From: Octopus vulgaris
Taxonomy: Eukaryota
Direction of reading: 5' to 3'
NCBI GenBank assembly: GCA_951406725.2
Contig: OX597814.1
Location: 138,260,001-138,324,000, forward strand
Length of the DNA: 64,000 nt
Made by a program: the position numbers and the translations under genes. A model generated the notes under the pieces. The model saw only the letters and a program-made list of their open reading frames with translations, did no database searches and was not told the origin of the DNA. Below are positions 1-12,820 of this stretch, piece after piece (position 1 is the first letter of the stretch; each line of letters starts with the position of its first letter).

Positions 1-855
1 AAGTAACTGTGAAATGTTGTTTGCAGATGATTATGCACTGCCTACGCACGATGCGTCGAGCATACCGACAGCTGTCAATCAGTTCTCAAAAGTGTGCAAT
101 AACTTTGGCCCCGCTAAGACTACAAAAGCAGAAGTACTGCATCATTCTGTCCTAGGACATTCGAACTGTGTACCTCCTGAAATAGAAGTTAAGTGTGACT
201 GAACTGAAAAAAATGTAGAGAATTTTGAGTATCTTGGAAGTGCACTATCCTCAAATACTTGCATTGATGCAGAAATGTAGACACGTATTAGCAAAGCCTG
301 TGTGGCTTTTTGGAAAACTGCGGCACAGTATAGAGAGTCCAGGAATTGGCATATATACCAAAATCAAAGTTTACATGCTGTCATCCTTCTAACCCTTTTC
401 TATAGCGTGGAAAATCACTTAGTGAACCAGTTTCTTGCTAAATCTTGCAGTGAACCATATGTTTTGCCTGAGGAAGATGCTGAGCATAACGTACTAGGTG
501 ATAAAATAGATTCTCAAGTGTACCAAATTTTCCTGATTTGCTCAGGTCGAGCAAACACAACTGTGTTGAGCAGAACATGTTATCAAAGTGCCTGGCTGTA
601 AACTGCCGAAAGCAATCTTCTACTCTGTAAATGAAGGGTATGTTGTTGGTACAGCACGTAAAAGCATCTGAGAGACAGATCTACGTAAAAGGAAGCTAAC
701 ACCAGGGCGTTTGAATATTTACGAATCTCTATAGCAAAAACCAAAAGGAAAGTTCGTAAATTACACCCCAACAACCTTGAACATCAGCGTGTGGTCTGTG
801 AGAAATATTTCTCTATTAGAAATGGCCTTCTCAGTCACTGCAGAACATACAAACG
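1..855 (+). mobile_element. Degraded RTE-like LINE ORF2 3' part (RT FADD motif to C-terminal C2H2-like knuckle)
   Basis: Frameshifted translation gives MLFADDYAL..NQFSKVCNNFG..KAEVLH, VENFEYLGSALSSNTCIDAE..RISKA and terminal VCEKYFSIRNGLLSHCRTYK, as in RTE-clade RTs. Contains stops and frameshifts. Confidence 0.8.
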
Positions 856-895
856 AGCAATCCTTTTCTGCTTTCTTCCTTTCTTCTTCCCACCA

Positions 896-948
<53 letters not shown>

Positions 949-1580
949 GCCTGCCTGCCTGTCTGTTTATTTATTTATTTATTTATTTATTATTTGCAGC
1001 TGCTTGGTCTTGGCCAAACTGATGGACGAACCATCATACATGCCTGTCTGTTTGTATGTATCTATGTATGCATGAATTTATGTTTTCTTTTTCTCGTTTA
1101 GAGTTCATTTTGACCGGCCACCTGCTTGGTAGCGAGGTTGTGAAGGAAACATCTTGTTTTGTTCACCATCCTTTAAATCGTAAAGTCATGCAGAGTCTTA
1201 TTGTCCCATACATCATTTGTGGCGTTTGAATTATATAGAATTATTTATGTGTTATATTGCGCGTATGTACATACAAGCACACATAAATCCACAAATATGC
1301 ATACATACATACATGCATTTAAGCACATACACAAACAAGCACGCACATGTACATTGAAGGCGGACCTGGTGATTGAAAGCAAAATAAAATATAAAAAGAT
1401 AAAAACAGATATTAAATAGATATAAAACAAAATATTTTCAGAAAAATGGTTCAAATGTTCGGCTAGATTTAATGATAAGGTAACAGATAATTTAATAAAA
1501 CAGCTATCAACTTCAGTTTTGTCCTCGATGAGGCCATGGAGACGGCTGCATGCATGGATCAGTTGGATCTCGTTCATGTT

Positions 1581-2210
1581 AGTTTCAAATTTTGGCATAA
1601 GGCCAGCAATTTCGGTGTAGGGGGTAAGTCGATTACATGGATCCCAGTGTTCAACTGGTACTTATTTTATAGACCCTGAAAGGATGAAAAGCAAAGTCGA
1701 CCTCGGCAGAATTTGAACTTAGAACGTAAAGACGAAAGAAATACCGCTAAGGCGCAGGAGTGGCTGTGTGGTAAGTAGCTTGCTTACCAACCACATGGTT
1801 CCGGGTTCAGTCCCACTGCGTGGCATCTTGTGCAAGCGTCTTCTGCTATAGCCCCGGGCCGACCAATGCCTTGTGAGTGGATTTGGTAGACGGAAACTGA
1901 AAGAAGCCTGTCGTATATATATATATGTATGTGTTGTGTGTATATGTTTGTGTGTCTGTGTTTGTCCCCCTAGTATTGCTTGACAACCGATGCTGGTGTG
2001 TTTACGTCCCCGTCACCTAGCGGTTCGGCAAAAGAGACCGATAGAATAAGTACTGGGCTTACAAAGAAAAAGTCCCAGGGTCGATTTGCTCGACTAACGG
2101 CGGTGCTCCAGCATGGCCGCAGTCAAATGACTGAAACAAGTAAAAAAGAAAAGAGAAAGAGAAAAAGCATGTTGTCCGGCAAGCTAACGATTCTGCCAGT
2201 TCGCCACCTT
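1581..2210 (-). mobile_element. SINE family B copy interrupted by a family A SINE
   Basis: Reverse complement of the 28209 family. It breaks at ...aaataccgctaa (1750) and resumes at aagcatgttgtccggc (~2164). Confidence 0.75.
1751..2165 (+). mobile_element. tRNA-derived SINE family A, full length
   Basis: A-box-like TGGCTGTGTGGT, B-box-like GGTTCAGTCCC, internal microsatellite, 3' GGCGGTGCTCCAGCATGGCCGCAGTC..TGAAAC and A-rich tail. More than 10 copies in the window. Confidence 0.9.
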
Positions 2211-2214
2211 ACTG

Positions 2215-3130
2215 GATCTCGTTCATATTGTCCATCATGGTCTACGGTGACAGTTTTCAAAGAGTCCTTGGTGTAGTAAAACCACTGGCTGGTCTCCTTG
2301 GTAACGTCTGGGGATTTCAAATCAGGAGATTTAGGAGGCCATTTGTTAGGAGAGAATATGGTCACGAAAGTACTTGGTTTGTCACTTCTAGGTCATGAGA
2401 GCCATGCGTGGAGGGAGTAGTGCCTTGTTGGTACGCGTAGTACCTTCTCTGAGCCACTTCTTGATCAAGGATCTGACTACAGTGTTCAGTTCCTTGATGT
2501 AGGCGGTGGCCTTAGCTCTAAAGGCCTGTGAGAAGTGAAGCGGCATAACATGGCTTTCGTCAATTACAACACTCAGGACCATACAAACGACAGAAATTTG
2601 GTTCGCATTAATGTGGGTACCCCCAGAGGATATGTGTAGAGCCATCCGCATTTCTTCTGTTCATTTTACGAACATGAAGTGGCCACTTCTCATCCCGTAA
2701 GACTTGTAACTAATGTTCTCATGCACCACATGTTTGATAGTGGTCACCTTGAGCTGCACAGTGATGGCCCTTATTGACCTACTGGTGTCGTTGATAATGC
2801 CTTGGACATGCTTGACGAACTCGGCTATCTTGACGACCTCTGATAGCTGAGAATGTCTCTTTTGGCCACATATGACACGTCCTCGCTAGTGTCGACCAAC
2901 TCTTTCTTGACTCTGAACACGAAACATCTTGCCATGTTCAGGAAGCAGGTGACCTCCAAGTCACTGTGGTTAGCGAGTAGAGCCACGAGCACAGTATTAC
3001 TTTACTTTTCCTGCATCATACTACCATCTGTTATGTCAAAACTGTTGTTAAACCCGAAAGAGAAAATGAAACAACAAAAACTGTGGTGCATGCTGTGTAA
3101 CATCACATTAGGTCATCTTCCATTTATGGC
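2215..3130 (-). mobile_element. Degraded Tc1/mariner (IS630-Tc1-mariner) transposase remnant
   Basis: Minus-strand FSPNKWPPKSPDLKSPD (a WPPxSPDLNP-like motif) and MVLSVVIDESHVMPLHF..AYIKELNTVV. Homologous to 29773-30808. Confidence 0.7.
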
Positions 3131-3409
3131 AAGCTAAAGTTAGAACAATTACAGTTCACTGCTCCTCGCCCCATAGGAGAGTAGTAAACTCTAATATGAT
3201 CCTATAAAAAAAAACCCATACAGAATGGTCACAAATGGAACGCTTTTAAAAGAGAAGGTCATTCAGAAAAAAATACCTCCTTCCCCTAGTGTATCGTGTG
3301 ATATTTAAAACATTCATCGTTGTGAAATAGCAGCGAAAACTTGTTTCAAACAGAAAATTTTATAAACAGTTTTAAAACCATAAATTATTAATTTTCATCA
3401 TCATAATCA

Positions 3410-3580
3410 CAACCTTGATCCCTAACCCTAACTCTAAACCCTAAACCTATACCTAAGTGTAAACCTTAAACCACTAACTCTAAACCTATACTCTAACCCT
3501 AAACCAACTCTCTAATCCTGAAGCTAACCCTAAGCCTTAAATCCTAACACTAACCTTAAGCTCGAACCTTAAACCCTTGT
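3410..3580. repeat. Degenerate (CCCTAA)-like interstitial telomere-like tract
   Basis: Run of variant units: cctaaccctaactctaaaccctaaacctatacctaa... Confidence 0.6.
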
Positions 3581-3702
3581 CTTAATTTCATCGTAGCATT
3601 TTCGTTTCAAAAATAATGCTGTCTTTTGTGTGCACAAAGGATTCAACCAATATACTTCCCAATTTGAAAATGTTTTGTTTTGGAACTCTTCAATATATCC
3701 TT

Positions 3703-3866
3703 TGTATGTATGTATGTATGTATGTATGTATGTATGTATGTATGTATGTATGTATGTATGTATGAATGTATGTATGTACGTATGTACGTATGTACGTATG
3801 TATGTATGTATGTATGTATGTATGTATGTATGTATGTATGTATGTATGTATGTATGTATGTATGTA
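3703..3866. repeat. (TATG)n microsatellite, representative of dozens of (TA)n, (CA)n, (TATG)n, (GATA)n, (CAT)n and (GA)n tracts
   Basis: Direct reading. Other long examples: 17712-17830 (CA), 20150-20280 (GATA), 47050-47200 (CAT), 57257-57336 (GA), 59093-59260 (TATG). Confidence 0.95.
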
Positions 3867-3978
3867 TATGTGTGTGTATTTATGCGTGTATTTGTGTATA
3901 ACTGCGAGTGTGTGTGTATATATATGTATAATTACAGTTAAACACGCAAATACATTTGTGTATATATATCTGTGTATG

Positions 3979-4009
<31 letters not shown>

Positions 4010-4569
4010 ATGTGTGTGTGTGTGTGTGTGCGTGTGTGTGTGTTTACATATACAGAAACACATTGACACACATACATATATATATATTATTGCCGTTGCC
4101 GGCTGCAAAAGTTGAGTTATTCAGAAATCTTCCGGAAGCGTGTTATCGGGTTACCCATCTCATTCACTCACATGACGTCCCCCACCCGGCACCACACACA
4201 ACCACACATACTCACCTACGACACTCTCTCACCCTTACAACATACACTTACATATATATACACAGCCATAACTCTACGTCTCCATAGACACACTCATACT
4301 TAGACATCTCCAGCGGAAGCATAAACACACACACACAGAGAATAAAGTGAAAGAGAGAGAGGTGAGAGAGAGAGGGAGAGAGCTGCTCATAACTGTCACC
4401 ACTTCTCTTTCGTCTCTTACATTACCATCCCACTTCGACATCAGCGGCACGTTCTGCATACTAATTACAAAATACGGGAAGGTCTTACATACAATATATA
4501 TATATATATATAATGAATGAGAAAACTTCGTTTAACGAAGATTATCCAAGCGATTAGTCGACGAAATCT

Positions 4570-5391
4570 TCCTCAAGGACCCGCTACTGTATTTATACCT
4601 AAACCACAGTTCGCGTTCATGCCACCCTCTCCAAACTATCAACTCCAGCCCCCTTCCCCCACACAACTACATACCCCTATTCGAATTATTACCCCTTCTC
4701 TCCGCATTACTTTCTAACCATTTTTTGACACTACCCTTTTCTCCGCGCGCACGCACACACACGCACACACACAAGGCTACCCCCGCCCCCCATCTTGCCT
4801 TCCCCTCCTTTACCCCTAAAGAAAACGCTGTATTTTTCAACAGAGGGTAGAGCTGGGAGCATGTCGGGTCCCTCCCAGCCCCCTTCGTTTATATCCACTT
4901 CCTACTCAAGAGTCCCCCTTTCCCTCCCATTCTCCCTCAGCAATCGCTGTAGTACATCATACATATGGACCCCTTAGTCACCTTGCCTGCTAACATATAC
5001 TCCCTCATCGCCCCAACTTCATTATGTCTTCCGCTACCACCATTTACGTTCCCCTTGTTTTACCCTCGTCTTCTCCTCCTTTCCCTGTTTCTTTTTTGAT
5101 TTTTTTCTCATCTTCTACTTCAACCCTCTCTCTCTCTCTCACTTTCTCGCTTCCTCTCTACTAATTCTCACCCCCTACCTACCAACCGGTCTGTAACTTC
5201 CTATATAACTTATTGCCAAGCCTTGTTTCTAGTTTATTTGTAGTATTAGTAGTAGTAGCAAAAGCCACGTGGAAAACGAAGCTTAAAAAAAAAACTAATA
5301 TAATCGTCTATCGACAGGTTATTTTGACAACTTTGGTTATATATATTTATCTATATACATATACACATATAATATCCCTACGAAGGTGAGT
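4570..5391 (+). promoter_or_regulatory. Candidate promoter/non-coding first exon ending at a consensus splice donor
   Basis: Mostly unique C/T-rich sequence that retains CpG, followed by AAG|GTGAGT at 5383-5391. No recognisable coding exon. Confidence 0.3.
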
Positions 5392-6239
5392 CCGGCCTTT
5401 TGGTTTTATTGTTGATATCGAGCATCGCGTTCACTATTATGAAATTCAGCGAATATAAAACTATACTTTTTCTTTCGTAGTTATTTAATATATACAACTA
5501 AATATTCTAGTTCTTTAGGTCAATATATACGCACACTCACACATATATATTTGTTATTTATGTGTAACTTATTTCCATCGTGTATTTTGACAATTGTAAA
5601 TGGGATGCTAGCTAGCAAACCCTTTTTCCATTTTCTGTTTGCAGCTTGCTTTGTTGAGTTTGTTATTGTCACTGCTATTGTTTTGTTTATGATAATCGCT
5701 GTTGCTCTCTTCTTGCTATTGTTACCAATGTTGTTGTTATTCTTAAAAAAAAAAAAAAGAGATTTAAATCTGTTTGAGATATTTGAGCATTGAACGAACA
5801 AAATTCATCATTTGTTTTCTTTTATCCCAGTTCCTTATGTAAATTCTGTTGAAAGTGTTTGTGTGTGTGTGTGGAATCTACTTTATTTCTTCGTGATCGA
5901 TAAGAGAAGTACCCATGACATAAAACGGTTGATTCAAGTGAATATATACCAATCCACATTGTAATTCAATATTAATTATTAATTAGTGTTGTATTAAAAA
6001 ATATGAAAAAGGAAAGAGGAAATCATATTTAAAAATGTAATACATTGTTTATGTAATCTTATCATAATTGATAATTATAGTCAGAATTAAAATTAATTTA
6101 GTGGCAGAACAAATGAAACATGTAAGAGGTTTGACTATTACTTTCTCAAGAATCTTAGGGACATATGTAAAGAAAGTTGCATTGTTCTCACAACGAATCG
6201 AAAACAAATAAAGGATTATTTATAAGTCTGGCTGGGAGT

Positions 6240-6475
6240 TTGCCACCCTCTACGGGCACACGGTCACCTATTTGAACCGACCCCAGCAGTCAGTACACGT
6301 CTGCTTGTTTAATCACAAAGCCTGCCAAAATTGTAGGGAAGGGGAATCGGACTGCGTGACGGTCATGCCTTTCTCAATGTCATTATTAAGTCATGGGAAA
6401 GCGACTTGACTTCCGCAGGGAATCGAAACCTCAGCTCCGAAGGCGCTTACCTCTTCCTCTGATCCGCCAGCCTGA
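6240..6475 (-). mobile_element. Probable tRNA-derived SINE (separate family)
   Basis: Minus strand begins GGCTGGCGGATCAGAGG..GAGGTTTCGATTCCCTGCGG, with a B-box-like motif. Confidence 0.4.
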
Positions 6476-7255
6476 AATAATAATTTCTCGTACAAAACCA
6501 CTTCTTTTTTGTTTAGCTCTAGATAAACGCTAATCGAGCATACATTTACGTTTAAATGCTTTCCCATCGTGACCTTCCGGTAAAAACAAAACAAAACAGT
6601 GCAATGTACCTAAGACTACATTATCCCATGTCTTTTTTTTAAGGGTGGTAGGAAGTTTGGCTGTTGTTTCTAGCGTATGGAATGATTAGGTAGAAGCTTC
6701 CCTCGTTGACTTTCACAAAATAGGTTCTGAAGGAAAGAGTAAAATGGTGTAATGGACCTCAGTACATTACTGCTATCAATATTATCAAACGCCTTTGTGT
6801 AGACTTAACGAGAGTTGACAAATGAGGGGTTAAACATCCAAATTTAGGGTAATTCAACCTCGCAGTTGCTTAATAGAAACAACGGGAGCTTAAGTGAAAA
6901 CATTGAAGTGCGCACGCGCGAGTGTGTGAGTATGTGTGCGCGTATATGTGTGTGTATGCGCGTGTGTATGTATGTGTGTCTATGTGCGTGTACATGTTTC
7001 TGTATATACTGCGTGTGTACACGCGAATGTGTGTTTGCGCGTTTTTGTGCATGCTGCGAGCACGTACGTCTGTGTGTGTACATATATGTAAGCCTGCATA
7101 CGAGTGTTTGTGTGAAAATATGTATGTATTTATGTGTGTTTGTATGTTTGTATGTATGCACGCTTGTATGTATGCATGCATTTAGGTAGATGTGAGTGTA
7201 AATGTGCGCGCGTGAGTATACATGTATATATATATATGTGTGTGTGTATGTATGC

Positions 7256-7319
<64 letters not shown>

Positions 7320-7898
7320 GTATATATATATATATACACACACACAAATTATATACGTGTGTGTGTGTGTTGAGCAAGTACATCATCTAACGGCTGTCAA
7401 ATGTATGTTTTTATCATTTTTCATGTGAGTTTTTTTTCGACAAACGTGTAGAGCGTGATATATTAACATAGTTGTTTAACTTTGAATTCAACTCCGATCG
7501 AGCAAGACGTATGATCTAAAAGCATTCCAACCGTGACCATCACATTAAAAAAAAAAACATTCTAGTCATAGTGTAAATCTATGAAAAGATTCTAAATCTC
7601 AGAACTATGTGATCCTGTTCAGTCCTCTTTTAGTTTTTAAGACGATACACTGTGATCGGGGGAAAAACTTGGCTGCTATTTCTAGCAGGTCGACCGACCA
7701 CACAGTCTCCATTATTAACTTGTATGATGTTGACAGGGTGATCGAGTGATGTGTGTGTGCGTGTGTGTTTAGCGGTATATAAGTCTGACATCTGACAGTT
7801 TATACACATTTCGTTTTTGTATTTGGTTCACAATATTTTTTATGTGAATTCATTAACTTTTTTTTTTCTATATATATAAATAAATAAAAATGTGTAAG

Positions 7899-7960
<62 letters not shown>

Positions 7961-7966
<6 letters not shown>

Positions 7967-8198
7967 TTTACGAAAAAAAAAAAAAAAAAAAGACGAAGAC
8001 AAGTGGTGTACAAAACAAACAGATGTATTAGTATAACGCTCAGGAATAGAAAAGTCTTTTACGTTTCGAACCTATGCTCTTCTGCAGAAAGGCTCGAAAC
8101 GTAAAAGACTTTTTCTATTCCTGAGCATTATACTAATACATCTGTTTGTTTTGTACACCACCTGTCTTCGTCTTTTGTTTTTTTTCATAAACTCTCCC
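7961..8198. mobile_element. Inverted pair of PLE-like 3' ends (hairpin) with an HHR-like motif, flanked by microsatellite
   Basis: ~110-bp arms (7961-8073 and 8090-8198) are reverse complements. The minus strand at 8055-8090 reads TTT CTGCAGA A GAGC ATAG GTTC GAAAC GTA AAAGA. Same family as 16352-16678. Confidence 0.75.
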
Positions 8199-8306
8199 TA
8201 TATATACATACATACATACATACATACATACATACGTAAATGTCGAACGATGAAAATGAGTGTTCAACATTGCCTTGGTGGATAAATTTATTTATTTATG
8301 TATTAA

Positions 8307-8367
8307 GGCTACCATTGGTTTCATGTAAAGAACAAAATATCTTATTATTTTAACAATTATTCAAGCC
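8307..8367 (-). ncRNA. Degenerate type I hammerhead-like motif (U3-A8-type core with one extra base)
   Basis: GGC TTGAATAA T TGT...ACA T GAAA CC AAT GGT A GCC. Homologous to 21000-21051. Confidence 0.5.
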
Positions 8368-8380
8368 GATCACATGGAGA

Positions 8381-8441
<61 letters not shown>

Positions 8442-8664
8442 GTGCGTGTGTGTGTATGTGTGTGTGTGTGTGCGTGAGATAGACAGATAGATAAATAGAT
8501 AGATAGATAGATAAAGAGAGCGAGAGAGACGGAGAGAGATGATTGTATTCTTAACGAAATGCTAACGTATGTGTTAACAAGGATTAGGTATCACGTTTAT
8601 TTGTATACGTATGTATGTATTCATGTAGGAGCTATTTATGATGTATGTATGTATGTATGTATAA

Positions 8665-8812
8665 TAAACACTTACTTGGAGAAATAAGAAAGTGACGCCA
8701 GGCGTTCAATCATATAATAACAATTTAACAAATAAAACATATGCATACATACATACATACATATATGTACATGCCTACATCTATATGTATATATACATGC
8801 ATATATATATAT

Positions 8813-8849
<37 letters not shown>

Positions 8850-9012
8850 GAGTACAGGACACTACAAATAAACGTAGAACACAACGAGAAACGAAAACAT
8901 AAAAACAAAAACAAGGAAACGGACTTTTTTTAACAACGAAAAAACAGAGTACAAGACAAACAATACAAGGAATATCCCCTTCATCAGCTGCCCTGGTTCG
9001 ACTCAATGCGTG
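8665..9012 (-). mobile_element. PLE-like remnant carrying GTC-N12-CTGATGA-AGGGG
   Basis: Homologous to 36318-37010(-) and 16722-16900(+). Embedded in TA/TATG repeats. Confidence 0.55.
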
Positions 9013-9665
9013 TGTATGTACGTATGTATGTATGTATGTTCTCTTCTGGCTTTGATTGTGTGAAAGAAAGGTGCTGGTTTCTGGCAAATGTACAAGGCTC
9101 CATCGTTCGGATGTAGATACCAAAAACAATACCACATTGTAAACTCGAGAAAAAGTTTTGTATATTTTTACTGTTCCGCTTAGAGATTATGTTTGTAGTG
9201 TGCATATCAGCTGGTTGATTGCTTTTTCTGCAGACCTCGGTTTTTCCCCATTATCACTGAAGCATTTCGTCACAAAATCAAGTGCACCGGTTACTATTTG
9301 CATAAATGTGAATTAATAATCTGCATATAAAAGATGGACGTTTCGAAGTTGTTGTCCATAGTTCCCTCATTCTCTTTGATTTTTCGAAGAGATACATACG
9401 CACGGCCCATATTGGCGCTAGATACATTGTCCGGGTTTATCTCTGGATCGTGTCATGTCAGTAGAGTGGAGAGGATCTGTGAGGTGCTGGGCAAGCTCTG
9501 TTGGACCTAAAATATTAGGTTGTGCAATCGCCGGCGAGGCAACTATCCGACGCTCAGTTGCGAGTAAAGCCGATTGCTGGTGCAATAACCTCATATACGG
9601 ACATTGCTGGCATTTTGCATGGGCAATGCTCAGTGATGGTCTTCGTAGGTCATGAGAGGACAGCT

Positions 9666-9697
<32 letters not shown>

Positions 9698-9729
9698 TAT
9701 GTATATATTTCTATGTGCATGTTTGTATG

Positions 9730-9940
9730 TTTACTCTTTTGCTTGTTTCAGTCATTTGACTGTGGCCATGCTGGAGCACCGCCTTTAGTCGAGCAAATCG
9801 ACCCCCAGGACTTATTCTTTGTAAATCTAGTACTCATTCTATCAGTCTCTTTTGCCGAACCGCTAAGTTACGGGGACGTAAACACACCAGCATCGGTTGT
9901 CAAGCGATGTTGGGGGGACAAACACAGACACACAAACACA

Positions 9941-9998
<58 letters not shown>

Positions 9999-10143
9999 CA
10001 CATATACGACGGGCTTCTTTTAGTTTCCGTCTACCAAATCCACTCACAAGGCTTTGGTCGGTCCGAGGCTATAGTAGAAGACACTTGCCCAAGGTGCCAC
10101 GCAGTGGGACTGAACCCAGAACCATGTGGTTGGTAAGCAAGCT
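9730..10143 (-). mobile_element. SINE family A
   Basis: Reverse complement of 1751-2165. Confidence 0.9.
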
Positions 10144-10879
10144 GGGTGCAGGTAAAACAGGTAAAACAGTATATGGACATAAAACTCGTATTACGTTACA
10201 TATATATGTGTGAGTGTGTGTTTAAAGCTGTATTATGAGTTATGGATACGGTTTCGATTCCCGGTCGTGCCCATTTCGCTTAATATTGCTTATAACAAAA
10301 ACAACAAGGCTTAAAAAATGAGTAAGTCACGCGGTTGCAAATTGTTGTTGTTGTTTAATCTCAAATAAGCTTGATAAAGTAGACCCATGGTCATTGATAT
10401 TTCAGCCGTGGTCGTCGTCTCTTTTCGTATATTTAGAGATCAAATAATCGTAGGTTGTGATTCGAGTGAAAATTGGCTGCTGTTTCGGGCACATCGATCG
10501 ACCACATAGAAGTTCCTGCAATTTCAGGAGGGAGGTGTATGAAAGTGTGTGATGCATGTGTTGTTGTCAAAGACAGCAGATCATGGGGAACTGACCCAAA
10601 GCAAGAATTTTCACTATAGTCATGATAATAAACAAATACACTTTGGGATTTTTGTTGTTATAGTTGTATGGTAATAAGCTTGCTTACCAACCACATGGTT
10701 CTGGGTTCAGTCACACTGTGTGGCACCTTGGGCAAGTGTTTTCTACAATAGCCTCGGTCCGACCAAAGCCTTGTGAGTGGATTTGGTAGACGGAAACTGA
10801 AAGAAGCCCGTCGTATATATTCGATTTATTCGACTAAGTTGGCTCTGATCCAGCATACCTATGATCAAAGGCCACGACG

Positions 10880-11157
10880 ACGAGGGTTCCAGTTGATCCG
10901 TTCATCGGAACATCCTGCTCGTGGAATCAACATGCAAGAGGCTCTTAATGTAGTTCTCAGGGTTATTCAGCGTGACACAGAATGTAACAAGGCTGGCCCT
11001 TTTTTGAAATACAGGTACTACTCATTTTTGCCAGCTGAGTGGACTAAAACAGCGTGAAATAAAGTGTCTTGCTCAAGGACAAAACGCGCCGCCAGGTATC
11101 GAACTCACGACCTTACGATCGTGAGCCGAATACCCTAACCACTTAGCCACGCACCTT
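10880..11157 (-). mobile_element. tRNA-derived SINE family C
   Basis: Minus strand reads GGTGCGTGGCTAAGTGGTTAGGGTATTCGGCTCACGATCGTAAGGTCGTGAGTTCGATACC (clear A and B boxes), then CCTTGAGCAAGACACTT. Related copies at 25708, 49200, 55330, 61400 and 63187. Confidence 0.85.
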
Positions 11158-11214
11158 CACCTATGGACCGACCGAATAGCAACTGTCTTCTCTTTTCCTT
11201 CTCATTCTAATGGC

Positions 11215-12015
11215 TATGAGTATTCTCCATGTCTCCCGAGCAGGGGATCTTCAAAATTCGATTACGACTAGAAATAGCCACGCTTGCCGTCCTTTCTTCC
11301 TGCAAAAGGCTCTGCTATTCGGAACTCTTCTGTTCAAAGGATTGATTATACTCTTCTTCGCTGGGGGCTGTAAGTTCAATCAAGATAATCTTTGCCTCGT
11401 CAGATAACTGAATCACATCCGGCTTGTAGCCTTCTTCCCAGGCCCACTCTCATAACACCCGATGGTGGTATATAACTTGTTCTCCTTAAGAGCATCTACA
11501 CTTCTACAATCGTGGCTGACGGCTTTTCTATCTTGTTCGCAAACTTGATAGATGGTATTGGTCTTTTTCCTGTGTATGGTGTTTCTTGTATCTTCTCTGT
11601 TCAGGGTGTTGGAGTGCCATAAGCACCTTGACATAGAAACCTTACTATCTTCTTGAGTGACTGATGTTTGACAACATGACAAGATGTACGCCAAAGTGCC
11701 ATTCCCCTATCAAAACTTACACTGTTGTTCCTTTCCATGTCCTTTATTCTTCACCTGTGCAGATATATTGGTGTTGTGATGGAAGGAGATGCGGAAATGT
11801 TCTATTTCCCATAGATCCATCCATTAATCTTCCTCTTGGGAAGATCCCATTTGATTCAAACTCCCTGGGATACTACTAACCCAACAGCCTTTGATCTCCG
11901 TCCATTCTCCTCCTGGCGCTATACTTCTGTCTGGATCATGACTTTCCGATCTTTGTTGTCAGTTTTTCATCCCTTGTTGGGAATGGGAAGATCCGAGATT
12001 TTGTCTTCCCGCGCT
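11215..12015 (-). mobile_element. Degraded non-LTR retrotransposon 3' end with restriction-like (PD-(D/E)xK) endonuclease (HERO/R4-like)
   Basis: Minus-strand GYKPDVIQLSDEAKIILIELTAPSEEEY at ~11345-11430, preceded by a decayed CCHC-like YQVCEQDRKAVSHDC. Confidence 0.7.
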
Positions 12016-12024
12016 TGTTATTTC

Positions 12025-12055
<31 letters not shown>

Positions 12056-12095
12056 TGTATGTATGTATGTATGTATGTATGTATGTATGTGTGTA

Positions 12096-12128
<33 letters not shown>

Positions 12129-12414
12129 ATGTATGTATGTATGTATGTATGTATGTATGTATGTATGTATTATCGGTTGCATACCATAGTTGGCTGTAGC
12201 TGAGAAAGGCAAAATACTCAATGAAAAATTCCAAGATGGAATGAAGGCATGTGCCAGAGTGGGTGGCATTTGCTGAATGAGGCTCTCATTGTTGTCACAT
12301 CTGTACAAAAGAGTGTAGGTCCCTAGCAGGACTAGAAGTCCACATCCCTGTTGCTCTTATTTAAAAGGCATAGCTCAAAACCAAGTTGCAGCCATCATAA
12401 CTATATAGATGTTA

Positions 12415-12820
12415 TTTTGGTTTCAAATTTTGACACAAGACCAGCAATTACAAGATGTCGGAGTCAAGTCAATTACATCGATTCTAATGTTCAACTGGTA
12501 CTTATTTTATCGGCCCCAAAATGACGAAAGGCAAAGTCGTCCTGGGCGGAATTTGCACTCAGAACGCAAAGACGAACAAAATGCCGCTTTGCACTTTCCC
12601 GGCGTGCTAACGATTCTTTTCTACTCTAGGCACAAAGCCCGACATTTTTGGGGAGGAAGCCAGTCGATTAGATTGACCTCAGTACACAACTGGTACTTAA
12701 TTCATCGATCCCGAAAAGCAAAGTCGACCTCGGCGGAATCTGAACTCACAACGTAAAGACGAATGAAATGCCGCTAAGCATTTTGCTCGGCGTGCTAACG
12801 ATTCTGCCAGTTTGCCGCCT
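12415..12820 (-). mobile_element. Tandem SINE family B copies
   Basis: Two overlapping reverse-complement copies of the 28209 family. Confidence 0.8.

Noticed and set aside
9713-10213. 166-aa ORF (similar ORFs at 19114 and 29068)
   Set aside because: Antisense reading of SINE family A. It recurs only because the SINE is repeated.
11085-11157. tRNA gene (also the heads at 1751, 25708 and 63187)
   Set aside because: A and B boxes are followed by SINE bodies in multiple copies, so these are SINE heads, not tRNA genes.
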